Source of the DNA: Verrucomicrobiota bacterium
GTDB taxonomy: Bacteria > Verrucomicrobiota > Verrucomicrobiia > Limisphaerales > CANJSG01
Assembly: GCA_038209745.1 (NCBI GenBank)
Contig: JBBQXJ010000029.1
Span: forward strand, 1-51,337
Reading direction: 5' to 3'
Length of the DNA: 51,337 bases
Shown: positions 16,948 through 27,929 of the stretch, in pieces
Layout of the letters: every line of letters starts with the position of its first letter
Position numbering within the stretch: position 1 is the first letter of the stretch
Made by a program: the position numbers and the translations under genes
Notes under the pieces: generated by a model
The model's input: only the letters and a program-made list of their open reading frames with translations
What the model was told of the DNA's origin: nothing
The model's database searches: none

Positions 16948-19900
16948 ACTGCTTTTTCCCCTCCGTCGGCCGCGTCGGCCTGGCTTGCGACCGGCCCAGC
17001 ACCGGGCTTGGACTTCGCCTTGAAGATCCGTCGAACCACCACGTAGAAGACCGGGATCAGGAAGATGCCGAGGGCGGTGGCGGCGAACATTCCGCCGGCC
17101 ACGCCGGTGCCGATCGCGTTTTGGCTGGCCGACCCTGCCCCCGTGCTCAACACGAGCGGCATCACCCCGAGGATGAACGCGAACGAGGTCATTAGAATCG
17201 GCCGGAGCCGGAGATGGACCGCCTCGAGCGTCGCCTCGACCAAGCCTTTTCCTTCCGCCTGGAGGTCCTTGGCGTATTCGATGATCAAGATGGCGTTCTT
17301 GGTGGCGAGGCCGACCGTGGCGAGCAGGCCTACCTTGAAATAGACGTCGTTCGGCAGCCCGCGCAGGTGCGCCGCGAGCAGCGCGCCCAACACACCCAGA
17401 GGAACGACCAAGATCACCGACAGCGGGATCGACCAGCTTTCATAGAGCGCGGCGAGGCAGAGAAACACGACGAGCAGCGACAGTCCGTAGAGCATGGGTG
17501 CCTGGGAACCGGCCAGGCGTTCTTCATAGGATTGTCCGGTCCATTCGTAGCCGATGCCCTTGGGCAGCTTCCTCGCCATCTCCTCCATCGCGTCCATCGC
17601 CTCTCCCGTGCTTCGGCCGGGCGCGGCGGCGCCCACCAGCTCGTAGGACGGAAATCCGTTGTAGTGCTGCAGCTGCGGCGAGCCGTGGATCCAGCGCATG
17701 CTGGCGACGGCCGAAAGCGGCACCATCGTTCCGGTCCGGTTCCGGACATAGATTTTGCCGATGTCGTCCGGCGCCATGCGATACGGCGCGTCGAGCTGGA
17801 CGATCACCCGCTGCACGCGGTTGCCGTTGATGAAATTGTTCACGTAGGAGGAACCGAAGCTGGTTTGGAGGGTCGCGTTGATGTCGGCAAGAGAGAGGCC
17901 GAGCGCGGTGGCCTTGGCCTCGTCGATGTCGATCTTCAACTGGGCCGCGTCTTCCAGTCCCTGCACGCGCACGCCCACGACGGTGGGGTTCTTCGCGGCC
18001 ATCGCGAGAAGTTCCTTCTGTGCGGACAGAAGTTGTTCGTGGCCCAGGCCGGCGAGATCCTGGAGCTGGAAGTCGAACCCGGTCGAGTTGCCCAGCTCGG
18101 CGATGGCCGGAGGATTGAGGGGAAAGATGATCGCGTCCTTCACCGATGCGAATTTCCCGGCGGCGCGCGCGATCACGGCCTGGACCGTGTGGTCTTCGCC
18201 TTTGCGCAGGCTCCAGTCCTTCAGCCGGCCGAACGACAGCGCCGAATTCTGCCCGCGACCGTTGAAGCTGAACCCCGCCACGGTGATGAAACTTTCGATC
18301 TCCGGCTGTTTCAGGAAGTAGTCCTCCACCTGGGACAGGACGGCCTGGGTGCGCTCCTGGGTGGCTCCGACCGGCAACTGGATGTTCGTGATGAAGTAGC
18401 CCTGGTCCTCCGACGGCAGGAAGGAGGACGGCATGCGGACATAGAACAAACCGACCAGGGCCACGATCACCACGAAAGCGATCATGGACGCGAAACTGTG
18501 CTTCAGGATGCGCCCGACCGACGATTGATAGCGCTTGGCGCTGGAGGCGAAGGTCCGGTTGAACCAGCCGAAGAATCCGCGCCTCTCTTCCTTGTGACCC
18601 TTGGCCAAGGGCTTCAGGAGCGTCGCGCACAATGCCGGGGTCAACGACAAGGCCAGGAACACGGAAAAGATCATCGACGAGACGAGCGACAGCGAGAACT
18701 GGCGGTAGATGGTTCCCACCGACCCGCTGAAGAAGGCCATCGGGATGAACACCGCCGTGAGCACGAGCGAGATGCCGATCAGGGCGCCGGTGATCTGGCT
18801 CATCGCCTTCCGGGTCGCGTCCAGCGGCGAGAGACCTTCCTCGCTCATGATGCGCTCCACGTTTTCCACGACGACGATCGCGTCGTCCACGAGGATGCCG
18901 ATGGCCAGCACCATGCCGAACATCGTCAGCACGTTGATCGAAAAGCCGAATGCCAGCATCGAGGCGAACGTTCCGAGCAGGGCCACCGGAACGACGATCG
19001 TCGGGATGAGGGTCGCGCGAAGATTCTGGAGGAAGAGGAACATCACGAGGAACACGAGCACGATCGCCTCGACGAGTGTCTTCAACACCTCCTCGATGGA
19101 GATCTGGACAAAGGCCGACGTGTCCAGCGGATAGTCCACGCGCACTCCCAGAGGGAAGAACCGGGAGAGATCTTCAACCTTGGCGCGAACCGCGGCGGCG
19201 GTGCTCAGGGCGTTCGCCGAGGGAGACAGCTTGATCGCCACGGCGGCTGAAGGATGGCCGTTGACCCGGGCCTCGGTGCCGTAGTTTTCCGCGCCCAAGG
19301 CGACACGTGCCACGTCCTTCAGTCGGACGCGGGATCCGTCGGGGTTGGTGCGGAGCAGGATGTCCCCGAACTCGGGCACCGTGCGCAGGGTAGTCCTCGC
19401 CTGCATGATCACGTTGAGCTGCTGGCCCTCGACGGAGGGGACAGCACCGATCTGTCCGACGGACACCTGGGTGTTCTGGCTCTGGATCGCGGAGGTGACG
19501 TCGCCCGGAGTGAGCCCGAAGCTGTTCAGATTGTTGGGATTGAGCCAGACCCGCATCGCATACTGCGAACCGAACATATTGGCTTCGCCGACCCCGGTGA
19601 CCCGGCGGATGGGGTCGAGCACGCTGGACGCGATGTAGTTGCCCAGGGCGACCTCGTCGAGGCTGTCGTTGGTCGTGGACAGCGTGAAGAACATCATGAA
19701 ATTGCGCGTGGCCTTGGCCACCACAACGCCCTGCTGCTGGACGGTTTGGGGCAGGCTTGGTGTGGCCAGCTGCACCTTGTTCTGGACCTGTACCTGGGCC
19801 ACGTCCGCATCGGTGCCGGGGAGGAAATACAGCGTGATGGTGGCGAGACCGGAGGCGTCGCTGCTCGACGACATGTAGAGCAGGTTGTCGATGCCGTTGA

Positions 19901-20105
19901 GCTGCTGCTCGATGACCGAAGTGACCGTTTCCTGCATCGTCTCGGCCGAGGCGCCCGAATAGTTCGCGGTGACGGAGATGGAAGGCGGCGCCACGTTCGG
20001 ATACTGCGCGACGGGCAGCTGCGTGATCGCCAGTCCGCCAAGCACCATGATCAGGATGGAGACGACCCACGCAAAGACCGGCCGGTTGATGAAAAAGTGT
20101 GCCAT
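16944..20105 (-). CDS. acrB: Multidrug efflux RND transporter permease, HAE1 (AcrB/MexB) family
   Basis: [56 protein letters not shown]. Confidence 0.95.
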   Translation of the reverse strand: MAHFFINRPVFAWVVSILIMVLGGLAITQLPVAQYPNVAPPSISVTANYSGASAETMQETVTSVIEQQLNGIDNLLYMSSSSDASGLATITLYFLPGTDADVAQVQVQNKVQLATPSLPQTVQQQGVVVAKATRNFMMFFTLSTTNDSLDEVALGNYIASSVLDPIRRVTGVGEANMFGSQYAMRVWLNPNNLNSFGLTPGDVTSAIQSQNTQVSVGQIGAVPSVEGQQLNVIMQARTTLRTVPEFGDILLRTNPDGSRVRLKDVARVALGAENYGTEARVNGHPSAAVAIKLSPSANALSTAAAVRAKVEDLSRFFPLGVRVDYPLDTSAFVQISIEEVLKTLVEAIVLVFLVMFLFLQNLRATLIPTIVVPVALLGTFASMLAFGFSINVLTMFGMVLAIGILVDDAIVVVENVERIMSEEGLSPLDATRKAMSQITGALIGISLVLTAVFIPMAFFSGSVGTIYRQFSLSLVSSMIFSVFLALSLTPALCATLLKPLAKGHKEERRGFFGWFNRTFASSAKRYQSSVGRILKHSFASMIAFVVIVALVGLFYVRMPSSFLPSEDQGYFITNIQLPVGATQERTQAVLSQVEDYFLKQPEIESFITVAGFSFNGRGQNSALSFGRLKDWSLRKGEDHTVQAVIARAAGKFASVKDAIIFPLNPPAIAELGNSTGFDFQLQDLAGLGHEQLLSAQKELLAMAAKNPTVVGVRVQGLEDAAQLKIDIDEAKATALGLSLADINATLQTSFGSSYVNNFINGNRVQRVIVQLDAPYRMAPDDIGKIYVRNRTGTMVPLSAVASMRWIHGSPQLQHYNGFPSYELVGAAAPGRSTGEAMDAMEEMARKLPKGIGYEWTGQSYEERLAGSQAPMLYGLSLLVVFLCLAALYESWSIPLSVILVVPLGVLGALLAAHLRGLPNDVYFKVGLLATVGLATKNAILIIEYAKDLQAEGKGLVEATLEAVHLRLRPILMTSFAFILGVMPLVLSTGAGSASQNAIGTGVAGGMFAATALGIFLIPVFYVVVRRIFKAKSKPGAGPVASQADAADGGEKAV

Positions 20106-20114
20106 GGTCTTCGC

Positions 20115-21299
20115 CTATTTGGAGGTCGGGGCGGATTCCTTTTGGCTGTTCGCTGGAGGAGCGAACGGCACCGCCTTTACGACGGAACCGGGCCGCGCTT
20201 TCTGAGATCCTTCCACGATGATTCGTTCACCGCCTTTGAGTCCCTGTGTGACCACCACCCTCGATCCTAGGATTCGCCCCACTTCGATTTCGCGAGATTC
20301 GACCTTGTTCTCGTCGTTGACCACCAGCACCGAAGCGGCCCCTCCGGCCCCGCGGCTGACGGTGCGTTGCGGGACCGTGATCGCGTTGGTGTCGACCCCC
20401 TCGACGATCCGTCCTCGCGCGAACATGCCCGGCATCAGGATATCCCCTGGATTCGCAACCTCTGCGCGCAGCGTGACCATGCCGGTCGTAGGATCCACGG
20501 CGATGTCGGTGAAGAGGAGCTTGCCCGCATGCGGATACTCCGAACCGTCCTCCAGCAGCAGCCTGACCTCCGCCGCGCTTCCAGTGGCGTTTTCCAGGGA
20601 TCCGTCCCGCAGCGCGCGCTTCAACCGCAGCACGTCGGTGCTCGACTGGGTGAAGTCGAAATAGACCGGGTCGGTCTGGCGGATCACCGCGAGCTCGGTC
20701 GCCTCGGTCGCGCTGACCAAGGCGCCTTCGGTCACGAGAGCCTTTCCGATCCGTCCCGAAATCGGGGCGACGACGCGCGCATAGCCCAAATTGAGCCCGG
20801 CCGTCTGGACCGCCGCCTTGGTGGCCAGAAGCTCGGCCTCGTTCTGGCCCAGCGTCGCCTCGGCCTGCTCATAGACCTGGCGGCTGATGGCGTGGATCGG
20901 GACGAGTTCCTTGTAGCGATCGACATTCGCCTTTGATTCCTTCAAGGACGCCTCTGCCTTGGCCAAGGCCGCCTTGGAGCTGTCGAGCACCGCCTGCAAC
21001 GGGGCCTGGTCGATTTCAAAGAGGAGCTGGCCCTCTTTGACTTCGGAGCCCTCCTTGAACGAGCGCTTGAGCAGGATCCCCGTCGCCCGGGCGCGCACCT
21101 GCGCCTCCCGCATCGGATTGATGCGGCCGGGAAGTTCCGTGATGTGGTCGACCCGTTCCAGGACCGCCTGGATCACGGAGACTTCGGCGGGCGGCGGAGC
21201 GGCGGGCGCAGCCTGCTTACGGCTACAAGCCACCAAGGAAACGGCCAAAAACGGGACCAAAACGGCCCTTGAACAGCGGATAAACGGGATCGGTTTCAT
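20115..21299 (-). CDS. acrA: RND efflux periplasmic adaptor (AcrA/MexA family), lipoprotein
   Basis: Lipobox LVAC; ELPGR, VRAR.TGI, APISGRIG, PGMF motifs; ATG at 21299 follows the TetR stop codon. Confidence 0.92.
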   Translation of the reverse strand: MKPIPFIRCSRAVLVPFLAVSLVACSRKQAAPAAPPPAEVSVIQAVLERVDHITELPGRINPMREAQVRARATGILLKRSFKEGSEVKEGQLLFEIDQAPLQAVLDSSKAALAKAEASLKESKANVDRYKELVPIHAISRQVYEQAEATLGQNEAELLATKAAVQTAGLNLGYARVVAPISGRIGKALVTEGALVSATEATELAVIRQTDPVYFDFTQSSTDVLRLKRALRDGSLENATGSAAEVRLLLEDGSEYPHAGKLLFTDIAVDPTTGMVTLRAEVANPGDILMPGMFARGRIVEGVDTNAITVPQRTVSRGAGGAASVLVVNDENKVESREIEVGRILGSRVVVTQGLKGGERIIVEGSQKARPGSVVKAVPFAPPANSQKESAPTSK

Positions 21300-21318
21300 A
21301 CACGTTGGGAAGCCGGCA

Positions 21319-21942
21319 TCAACCGGCGCGCAGCCCTGCGGCTGCATAGGAAATGAGTTTCTGGACCTGGCTCTCCAGATCGGTCGGATCAACCCACGCG
21401 GGAAGACGTTTGTCGCGGGTAAGCAGCCAGTGGTGGAGGGCCCCAAAAGTGAACTTCATCCGCCAAAAGGCTTCCGAGGGCGTCAGGTGCGGAAGGGCCC
21501 GGACCATGGCCGCGTTCAAGCGCGTCGAGAGAGGCTCGAACTGGTTCCGGAGAAGCGCCTCCACTTCGGGGTTCGGTTCGGAAAGGCAGCGCCCGAACAG
21601 TTTGGAAAAAGCGATGTCTCCCTTGTTCGGCTTGAGCGAAGACTGGACCGCGGGTCGAACAAACGCCTCCAACACGGCCTCGATCCTCGGCGCCTTTTTT
21701 CCGGATGTCCGTTCGAGCGCGTCGAGCAGTGCGATGCGGGCCTCGTTCACAGGGACCACCCGTCGCTCGAAAATGGCGGCGATCAGGTCCCGTTTGGTTC
21801 CGAAATGATAGTGGATCGCCGCGAGGTTGACCTTCGCCTTCGTGGTGATGTCCCGGATGGACACGGAATCCAGGCCCAGTTCCCCGAAGAGAGCCTCTGC
21901 GACATCCAATATGCGCGTTCTCGTATTCTTGGCTTGGGCCAT
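21319..21942 (-). CDS. TetR/AcrR family transcriptional regulator (PsrA-like C-terminus)
   Basis: TRTRILDVAEALF...SIRDIT..AKVNLAAIHYHFGTK HTH; first gene of the RND operon. Confidence 0.93.
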   Translation of the reverse strand: MAQAKNTRTRILDVAEALFGELGLDSVSIRDITTKAKVNLAAIHYHFGTKRDLIAAIFERRVVPVNEARIALLDALERTSGKKAPRIEAVLEAFVRPAVQSSLKPNKGDIAFSKLFGRCLSEPNPEVEALLRNQFEPLSTRLNAAMVRALPHLTPSEAFWRMKFTFGALHHWLLTRDKRLPAWVDPTDLESQVQKLISYAAAGLRAG

Positions 21943-21950
21943 CGATTTGA

Positions 21951-21968
21951 TTCAAACGTTCGACTGAA
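21951..21968. promoter_or_regulatory. Candidate TetR operator (imperfect palindrome)
   Basis: TTCAAACG-TT-CGACTGAA, 8 bp upstream of the TetR start; resembles PsrA-type CAAAC..GTTTG sites. Confidence 0.45.
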
Positions 21969-22026
21969 ACTGATGCAGGAGGAAGCCCCGCGACGCAAAC
22001 CGTTTCTGCGGGCGGTAAGCCGCGAA

Positions 22027-22848
22027 TCAGAAGAACGGGTTGTTCTCCTTCTCCGTGGCCACGGTGGTGACGGGCCCGTGCCCGGGACAGACGAGGGTCT
22101 CGACGGGCAGGCTGAAGATCTGCTCGCGCACCTTTTGTCGGGCCAGGTCCCACGACTGGTTTCCGCGCCCGATGGACCCGCAGAAGATCGCGTCGCCGAC
22201 GATGGCGGCATGGGGAGAATCGTCGGGCCAGTTGCCGACGACATAGGTGACCCCGTCTTCGGAATGGCCCGGAGTCTCGCGGTTCGTGATCCGGAGGCTG
22301 CCGAGCATGATGAAGTCGTTGCGTCGGTTCCGCTGGTCGACCGGGACTCCTTGGATGTCGGAGTGCAGCTTCACCTTGGGGAAGCGTTGCCGGACATCGC
22401 CCATCGCGGCCATGTGGTCGTGGTGGGAATGGGTGAAGAAGAGGTGCTTGAGGTCGAGGCCGTGTTGCTCGATCAGCGCAAAGACCGGGGCGGCATCGAA
22501 GCCGGTATCGAAGAGGGCCGCTTCGCGCGTGGCTTCGTCCCAGACGAGGTAGCAGTTGGTCGTCATGTCGTCATCGGCGGTGGTGACCTGCCGCAGTTCG
22601 TGCCAACGGCCGAGATCGATCTGCGGCGGCGTCCAGCCTTTGGCCAGTCGCTCAAGTTTGGCGCCGTCGATGCCGGAGAGACGGCCGACCGCGCTGAAGT
22701 CGATCTTGGCACCGGTGGCGCCGGATTCCTCGAACGCGTTCAACTCCGCAGCTGAGACGGCGCCGGCTTGGGCGGCGGCTTCGAGGGAGACATTTGCGGA
22801 CAGGCGGCCCTTGCGGCAGACGTCGCCGGCATGGTCTTCGAGATTCAT
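22027..22848 (-). CDS. MBL-fold metallo-hydrolase (glyoxalase II-like) with N-terminal HTH-like extension
   Basis: FDTG, THSHHDH, TPGHS, GDAIF.GS.GR, PGHGP.TT...EK..NPF. Confidence 0.9.
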   Translation of the reverse strand: MNLEDHAGDVCRKGRLSANVSLEAAAQAGAVSAAELNAFEESGATGAKIDFSAVGRLSGIDGAKLERLAKGWTPPQIDLGRWHELRQVTTADDDMTTNCYLVWDEATREAALFDTGFDAAPVFALIEQHGLDLKHLFFTHSHHDHMAAMGDVRQRFPKVKLHSDIQGVPVDQRNRRNDFIMLGSLRITNRETPGHSEDGVTYVVGNWPDDSPHAAIVGDAIFCGSIGRGNQSWDLARQKVREQIFSLPVETLVCPGHGPVTTVATEKENNPFF

Positions 22849-23002
22849 GCGCCGAACCATAGGAGCCGACCGCCGACAGGGCAAGCGACGGAGGCCGACC
22901 GTGGATGCCAGACAGGCGAGGCCGGACCGGCGGCGAATGGCCTTGCCCGGATTCCTGGGATCGGAGCTGATCCCGGGGTTGCTGCGGTTTCAGATCCGAT
23001 CC

Positions 23003-23782
23003 ATGAGCCAGGACCACACTTTGATGGCGTCGCGGTATGAGTTGAAATACCTCATTCCGGAATCGATTGCGCAGGGAGTCAGCGAGTTCATCCAGCAGTA
23101 TCTGGAGCTCGACGAATTCGCGTTCGGCCAACCGGACTGTTCCTACGCGGTCCACAGCGTCTACCTCGATTCCGACGACTGGACGATCTACCACCGCACC
23201 CTCAACGGCGACCGGAACCGCTTCAAGCTGCGCATCCGCTACTACACGGAGGATCCGGTCGTTCCCGTCTTCTGCGAGATCAAGCGCCGGGAGAAGGATG
23301 TCATCCACAAGCACCGGTGCGCGGTTCGCCGCACCGCCGTGCCGGATATCCTGTCGGGCCTGGAGCCGCGCCCGGAGGATCTCTTCAATCCAAAACCCCA
23401 GGATCTCGAAGCCTTGCGAGAATTCATGCGGTTGGGGCAAACACTGGGAACCGGTCCCAAGCTCCACGTTTTCTATCAGCGCGAGGCCTATGTGAACGAC
23501 TTCAACAACGAGGTCCGTGTGACCCTCGACCGGGACGTGCATGCAGGGCCCAGGTTCGACGGGCTTTTGCCGACGGTCTGTGATCGGCCCTACAGGTGCA
23601 GCCCGGAGGGGTTGGTAATCTTGGAGCTCAAGTTCACGTCTCGATTTCCCGGTTGGTATCGCGATCTGGTCGAGACTTTCAGCCTTGCCCAGACCGGCGC
23701 CGCGAAATATGTCGAAGGAGCAAGCCTCCACTTGGGGAAGCGCCAGAATCCGAGGGATATTGTCCGAGGACTTTGGCTTTGA
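23003..23782 (+). CDS. VTC (polyphosphate polymerase) domain protein, CYTH superfamily
   Basis: RYELKY, Y.V.SVYLD, RFKLRIRYY, EIKR, YQREAY, RVTLD, VILELKF, KY motifs. Confidence 0.88.
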   Translation: MSQDHTLMASRYELKYLIPESIAQGVSEFIQQYLELDEFAFGQPDCSYAVHSVYLDSDDWTIYHRTLNGDRNRFKLRIRYYTEDPVVPVFCEIKRREKDVIHKHRCAVRRTAVPDILSGLEPRPEDLFNPKPQDLEALREFMRLGQTLGTGPKLHVFYQREAYVNDFNNEVRVTLDRDVHAGPRFDGLLPTVCDRPYRCSPEGLVILELKFTSRFPGWYRDLVETFSLAQTGAAKYVEGASLHLGKRQNPRDIVRGLWL

Positions 23783-23923
23783 GCCGGGTTTTTTGTCGTT
23801 AGTGCGGCCAATTCTTTCAGAAACGGTTCACCTCAGGTCGGTTTGGAGCCGATGCTACGAAGTCTGATTGTCGCATTGCGGGCGAAGGCCGGCCGCTTAA
23901 AGTGCGGGCGAATTTCCAATTCC

Positions 23924-26900
23924 ATGAGCTCTCCCAGTGCCCGGTTTCTGAATCTCGGCCGAGCGGTCGCGATATTTGTTCTGCTGATCCTCGCCTCCAT
24001 CGGCGGGGCCCAGCCCTACGGGATCTCCTCGCGCCCGCCGGTGGGCCCGTTCCTTGACGGCGCGCTGCCCAAGGCGGCCCCGGGGATTTCCGGAAACTGG
24101 TCGGCTGTGCCGGCATTTACCGGACTCCTCTTCACCAATGCGCTTGGCCTGACCTTCGTGCCGGGAACCTCGAACCTGATCGTCTGGGAACGCGAAGGCC
24201 GGATCTGGTCTTTCGTCAACAGCCCCCCCACCACCACCAAGACCCTGGTCCTAGACATCCACAACCAGTGCCAGGGCTGGGACGATTCCGGCCTGCTCGG
24301 CGCGGCATTCCATCCAGGTTTCCTGACCAACCGTTTCCTCTTCGTCTACTACACCTGGGTCGTGCCCGGGACTGTCGTCGGAAGTCCGACCCAAAGGCCT
24401 CCGACCGTCAAGAACGGCGCCTACCATGACCGACTTTCCCGGTTTACGCTCGACGCGTCCGGGGTCGCCATTCCGGGCTCGGAGTTGGTCTTCATCGACC
24501 AGGTCGCAGACAACATCTGGCACAATGGCGGAGGGCTGTTCTTCCATCCGACCAATGGTTTCCTCTACTACACCGACGGCGACGACGAGAACGGCCCGAC
24601 GCAGGTGATCGACCAAAACCTGCTCTCTGGCGTCTTCCGCATCGACGTGGACCGGCGGGGTGGTTCCATCAGCCATCCGATCCCCCGGCAGCCGGCCAGA
24701 GCGGGTTCGACCACGGCGAACTACTATATCCCGAACGACAATCCCTTCGTCGGCCAAACCAACGCCTTGGAGGAGTTCTACGCTTTGGGTCTGCGCAGCC
24801 CGCATCGCATGACCTACGATCCGCCGAGCGGCCGGATCTTCATTGGCGATGTCGGTGCCGGTTCCCGCGAAGAGATCGACATCATCGAACCGACCGACGC
24901 GCCCGGGCAAAATTTCCAGTGGAGCCGGATCGAGGGCCTGCAAGGCGATCTCGTTGCGCCCTACATCGGCATCAACCACCGCCCAATTCTCGACTACGAT
25001 CACGGCGAGGGCCAAGCGGTCATCGGTGGCTACGTCTATCGAGGCACCCAGTTCGCGGCGGATCTGGGTGGCAAATACATCTTCGGCGACAATGTGCAGG
25101 GAAAGATCTGGGCGATGGACGACACCAGGACCCCAGCCGGGAAGACCCTGCTCTGTGTCCTGCCCAAGGGTAACGGGCCCAATTCCGGCAGCGACTATAC
25201 CGGACTTTCTTCCTTCGGCCTCGACGCCAACAACGAATTCTACCTCTGCCAGATGAGCAGCCAGGGCGGCCGGATCTACAAGCTCGCTCGTTCAGGCCCT
25301 CCGCCGGTCGTGCAGGAGTTTCCGGCACTGTTGTCCCAGACCGGAGCTTTCACCGACACGGCCAACATGACGCCCGCCGCCGCGCTGATTCCCTACGACG
25401 TCAACTCGCCCCTTTGGTCCGACGGCGCGGCCAAGAAGCGTTGGATGATCATCCCGACCAACACCCAGATCAGCCTCACGACCACCGGAGAATGGACCTT
25501 CCCGAACGGAACGGTTTTGGTGAAGCACTTCGAGCTTCCGGTCGACGATGCCGATCTTTCCGCGCATCGCCGGCTCGAAACCCGCTTTCTCGTCCGGGGC
25601 ACGAACGGTCTCTATTTCGGGGCGACCTACAAATGGAGACCCGACAACAGCGACGCCGACCTTTTGGCGGATCGCCTGGACGAGGACATCGCCGTCCAGA
25701 CCGCTTCCGGCCAGCGCATCCAGACGTGGCACTATCCGAGCCGCACCGAGTGCCTCGCCTGCCACAACACGGCCGCCAACGGCGTATTGGGCGTGAAGAC
25801 CCGCCAGAGCAACCGCGACTTCCTCTATCCCGGTTCCGGTGTGATGGACAACCAGCTCCGTTCCTGGAACCACATCGGACTTTTCAGCCAACCGCTCGAC
25901 GAGGCCGCGATTCCCGGCCTCGCCCAGATGGTCGCCGTCACCAATGCGGCAGCTCCGCTCGAACTTCGTGTCCGCTCCTATCTGGACGCGAATTGCGGCC
26001 ATTGCCACCGGCCCGGCGGTGCCCGCGCTTTCTGGGACGCCCGTTTCGACACGCCCCTTGCCAGTGCCGGCATCGTCAATGGGTTGGTCTCGCAGACCCT
26101 TGGCGTGCCGGGCGCCAAGGTCGTGGTCCCGGGCAGCCTCGCCAAATCCATCCTCTACCTGCGGGACAGCGCGGTGGATGGAAACAAGATGCCGCCCTTG
26201 GCCCGGAACCGTCTCGACGTGGCTGCGCTGGCCACCATCGCCCAATGGATCAGTGCGCTGCCTCCATCCTCCATCCAGTTGCCCGGGCCCTGGTCGCACC
26301 AGGACATCGGCGCAGTCGGCTTGAGCGGCGATGCGACGTATGCGGGTGGATCGTTCGCGATCGCCGCCTCGGGCGACGACATCTGGGGCCAGTCCGATGC
26401 GTTCCACTATGTGTTAGAGACGCTGACCGGCGACGGCCGGATCACCGCCCGGGTCGCCGCGCTGGGGAATTCGGACGGCTGGGCCAAGGCCGGGGTCATG
26501 ATCCGCGAGACGCTCACGGCGAATTCGAGCCAGGCCATGTCGCTCGTCAGTTCGGCAAATGGAACCGCGTTCCAACGCCGACCGAGCACCGGGGCCGACA
26601 GTGTGCACACGGCGGGACCGGCCGGCGCCGCTCCCTGGTGGGTCCGTTTGAGCCGGACCAACAACGTCTTCACCAGCGAAGCCTCGGCCAACGGGGTCAA
26701 CTGGACTTTGATCGACACCGCCACCATTCCGATGGCCAGGACGATCTTTATCGGATTGGCGGCGACGGCCCACAACAACGCCACGGTGAACACGGCCCAG
26801 ATCGACAACGTTTCGGTGTCTGGCCAGACCGCCGGCTTCGGCGCCCGGATCAACTTCCAGCTCGCCACCACGGCCACCCCCGCCGGTTATCTCGGCGACA

Positions 26901-27796
26901 GCGGCCTGGCCTTCGGTGATCGCGGCAACGGCTATTCCTACGGCTGGGACGCGGACACCTCAGCCAACACCCGCGAACGGAACAGCGCCCAGTCGCCGGA
27001 CAAACGCTACGACACGTTCGTCCATCTCCAGAAACAGGATCCGGCCCGGATCTGGGAGATCGCCGTGCCGAACGGCAACTACCGCGTCCATACAGTCTCG
27101 GGGGATTCGGATTTCTTCGACGGCGTCGAACAGATCACGGCCGAGGGCGAAGTGGTCGCCAATGGCGCTCCCAGCGCAGCCCAGCCGTGGGTGGAAGGGA
27201 CGAACGTGATCGCCGTGTCCGACGGCCGTTTGACCATCACTGTTGGCCCGGATGCCGTGAATGCGAAGCTCTCCTTCTTGGAGTTTGCGGTGGATCAGGC
27301 ATTCGCCCCGCCTACCGTTGCGCTGTTGAACCCGACCGATGGAGCCACTTTCACCATGCCTTCGCGGCTGATCCTCTCGGCGGACGCAACCGCTGGAGCC
27401 GGCGTGGCTCAAGTCGAATTCCTGGCCGGAAGCATGCTGCTGGGTCGGGTGAACCAGCTGCCCTGGAGCCTGGTCTGGACGAATCCGATGGCCGGATCCT
27501 ATCAGCTCCGCGCCATCGCCACGGACACGCGCGGCGTCACGAACGTCTCTCGAACCGTCGATGTGATCGTCGATCCTCTGTCTCTGGCCGCACCCAGGAT
27601 CCTCTCAAACGGCTGGCTTGTCCTGGGCTTTCCGGCAACTCCGCTTGATACATACTTGATCGAGGATTCCACGAACCTGGTCGACTGGTCGGCGCTCCAG
27701 TCAATCCAGGCGCAGACGAACTGGGTCCAGTTAGATCTGCCATCCGCGACCAATCCGCCGGTCCGTTACTTCCGCATCAACCGGGGTACGCCTTGA
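23924..27796 (+). CDS. Secreted PQQ-dependent sugar dehydrogenase-like (GSDH) propeller + di-heme cytochrome c + lectin/CBM-like + Ig-like multidomain protein
   Basis: HNGGGL.F, Y.IP.DNPF, GLRSPHR, GGYVYRG; PYDVNSPLWSDGA.K.RW; CLACH and CGHCH; AKAGVMIRE lectin-like module; C-terminal YLIEDSTNLVDW...YFRI; start uncertain (23843-23924). Confidence 0.85.
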   Translation: MSSPSARFLNLGRAVAIFVLLILASIGGAQPYGISSRPPVGPFLDGALPKAAPGISGNWSAVPAFTGLLFTNALGLTFVPGTSNLIVWEREGRIWSFVNSPPTTTKTLVLDIHNQCQGWDDSGLLGAAFHPGFLTNRFLFVYYTWVVPGTVVGSPTQRPPTVKNGAYHDRLSRFTLDASGVAIPGSELVFIDQVADNIWHNGGGLFFHPTNGFLYYTDGDDENGPTQVIDQNLLSGVFRIDVDRRGGSISHPIPRQPARAGSTTANYYIPNDNPFVGQTNALEEFYALGLRSPHRMTYDPPSGRIFIGDVGAGSREEIDIIEPTDAPGQNFQWSRIEGLQGDLVAPYIGINHRPILDYDHGEGQAVIGGYVYRGTQFAADLGGKYIFGDNVQGKIWAMDDTRTPAGKTLLCVLPKGNGPNSGSDYTGLSSFGLDANNEFYLCQMSSQGGRIYKLARSGPPPVVQEFPALLSQTGAFTDTANMTPAAALIPYDVNSPLWSDGAAKKRWMIIPTNTQISLTTTGEWTFPNGTVLVKHFELPVDDADLSAHRRLETRFLVRGTNGLYFGATYKWRPDNSDADLLADRLDEDIAVQTASGQRIQTWHYPSRTECLACHNTAANGVLGVKTRQSNRDFLYPGSGVMDNQLRSWNHIGLFSQPLDEAAIPGLAQMVAVTNAAAPLELRVRSYLDANCGHCHRPGGARAFWDARFDTPLASAGIVNGLVSQTLGVPGAKVVVPGSLAKSILYLRDSAVDGNKMPPLARNRLDVAALATIAQWISALPPSSIQLPGPWSHQDIGAVGLSGDATYAGGSFAIAASGDDIWGQSDAFHYVLETLTGDGRITARVAALGNSDGWAKAGVMIRETLTANSSQAMSLVSSANGTAFQRRPSTGADSVHTAGPAGAAPWWVRLSRTNNVFTSEASANGVNWTLIDTATIPMARTIFIGLAATAHNNATVNTAQIDNVSVSGQTAGFGARINFQLATTATPAGYLGDSGLAFGDRGNGYSYGWDADTSANTRERNSAQSPDKRYDTFVHLQKQDPARIWEIAVPNGNYRVHTVSGDSDFFDGVEQITAEGEVVANGAPSAAQPWVEGTNVIAVSDGRLTITVGPDAVNAKLSFLEFAVDQAFAPPTVALLNPTDGATFTMPSRLILSADATAGAGVAQVEFLAGSMLLGRVNQLPWSLVWTNPMAGSYQLRAIATDTRGVTNVSRTVDVIVDPLSLAAPRILSNGWLVLGFPATPLDTYLIEDSTNLVDWSALQSIQAQTNWVQLDLPSATNPPVRYFRINRGTP

Positions 27797-27929
27797 TTCT
27801 GGCGCCTTGATCCTGGCCGAGCCGGGGTTCGCGATCATTGCTACCGGATGGTCAACCGGGATCAGAAAAGGTGCGTTGTGAGACCGATTGAGCGCTCATG
27901 ATGTCCGTCGATTCCGTCAGACGATGGAT

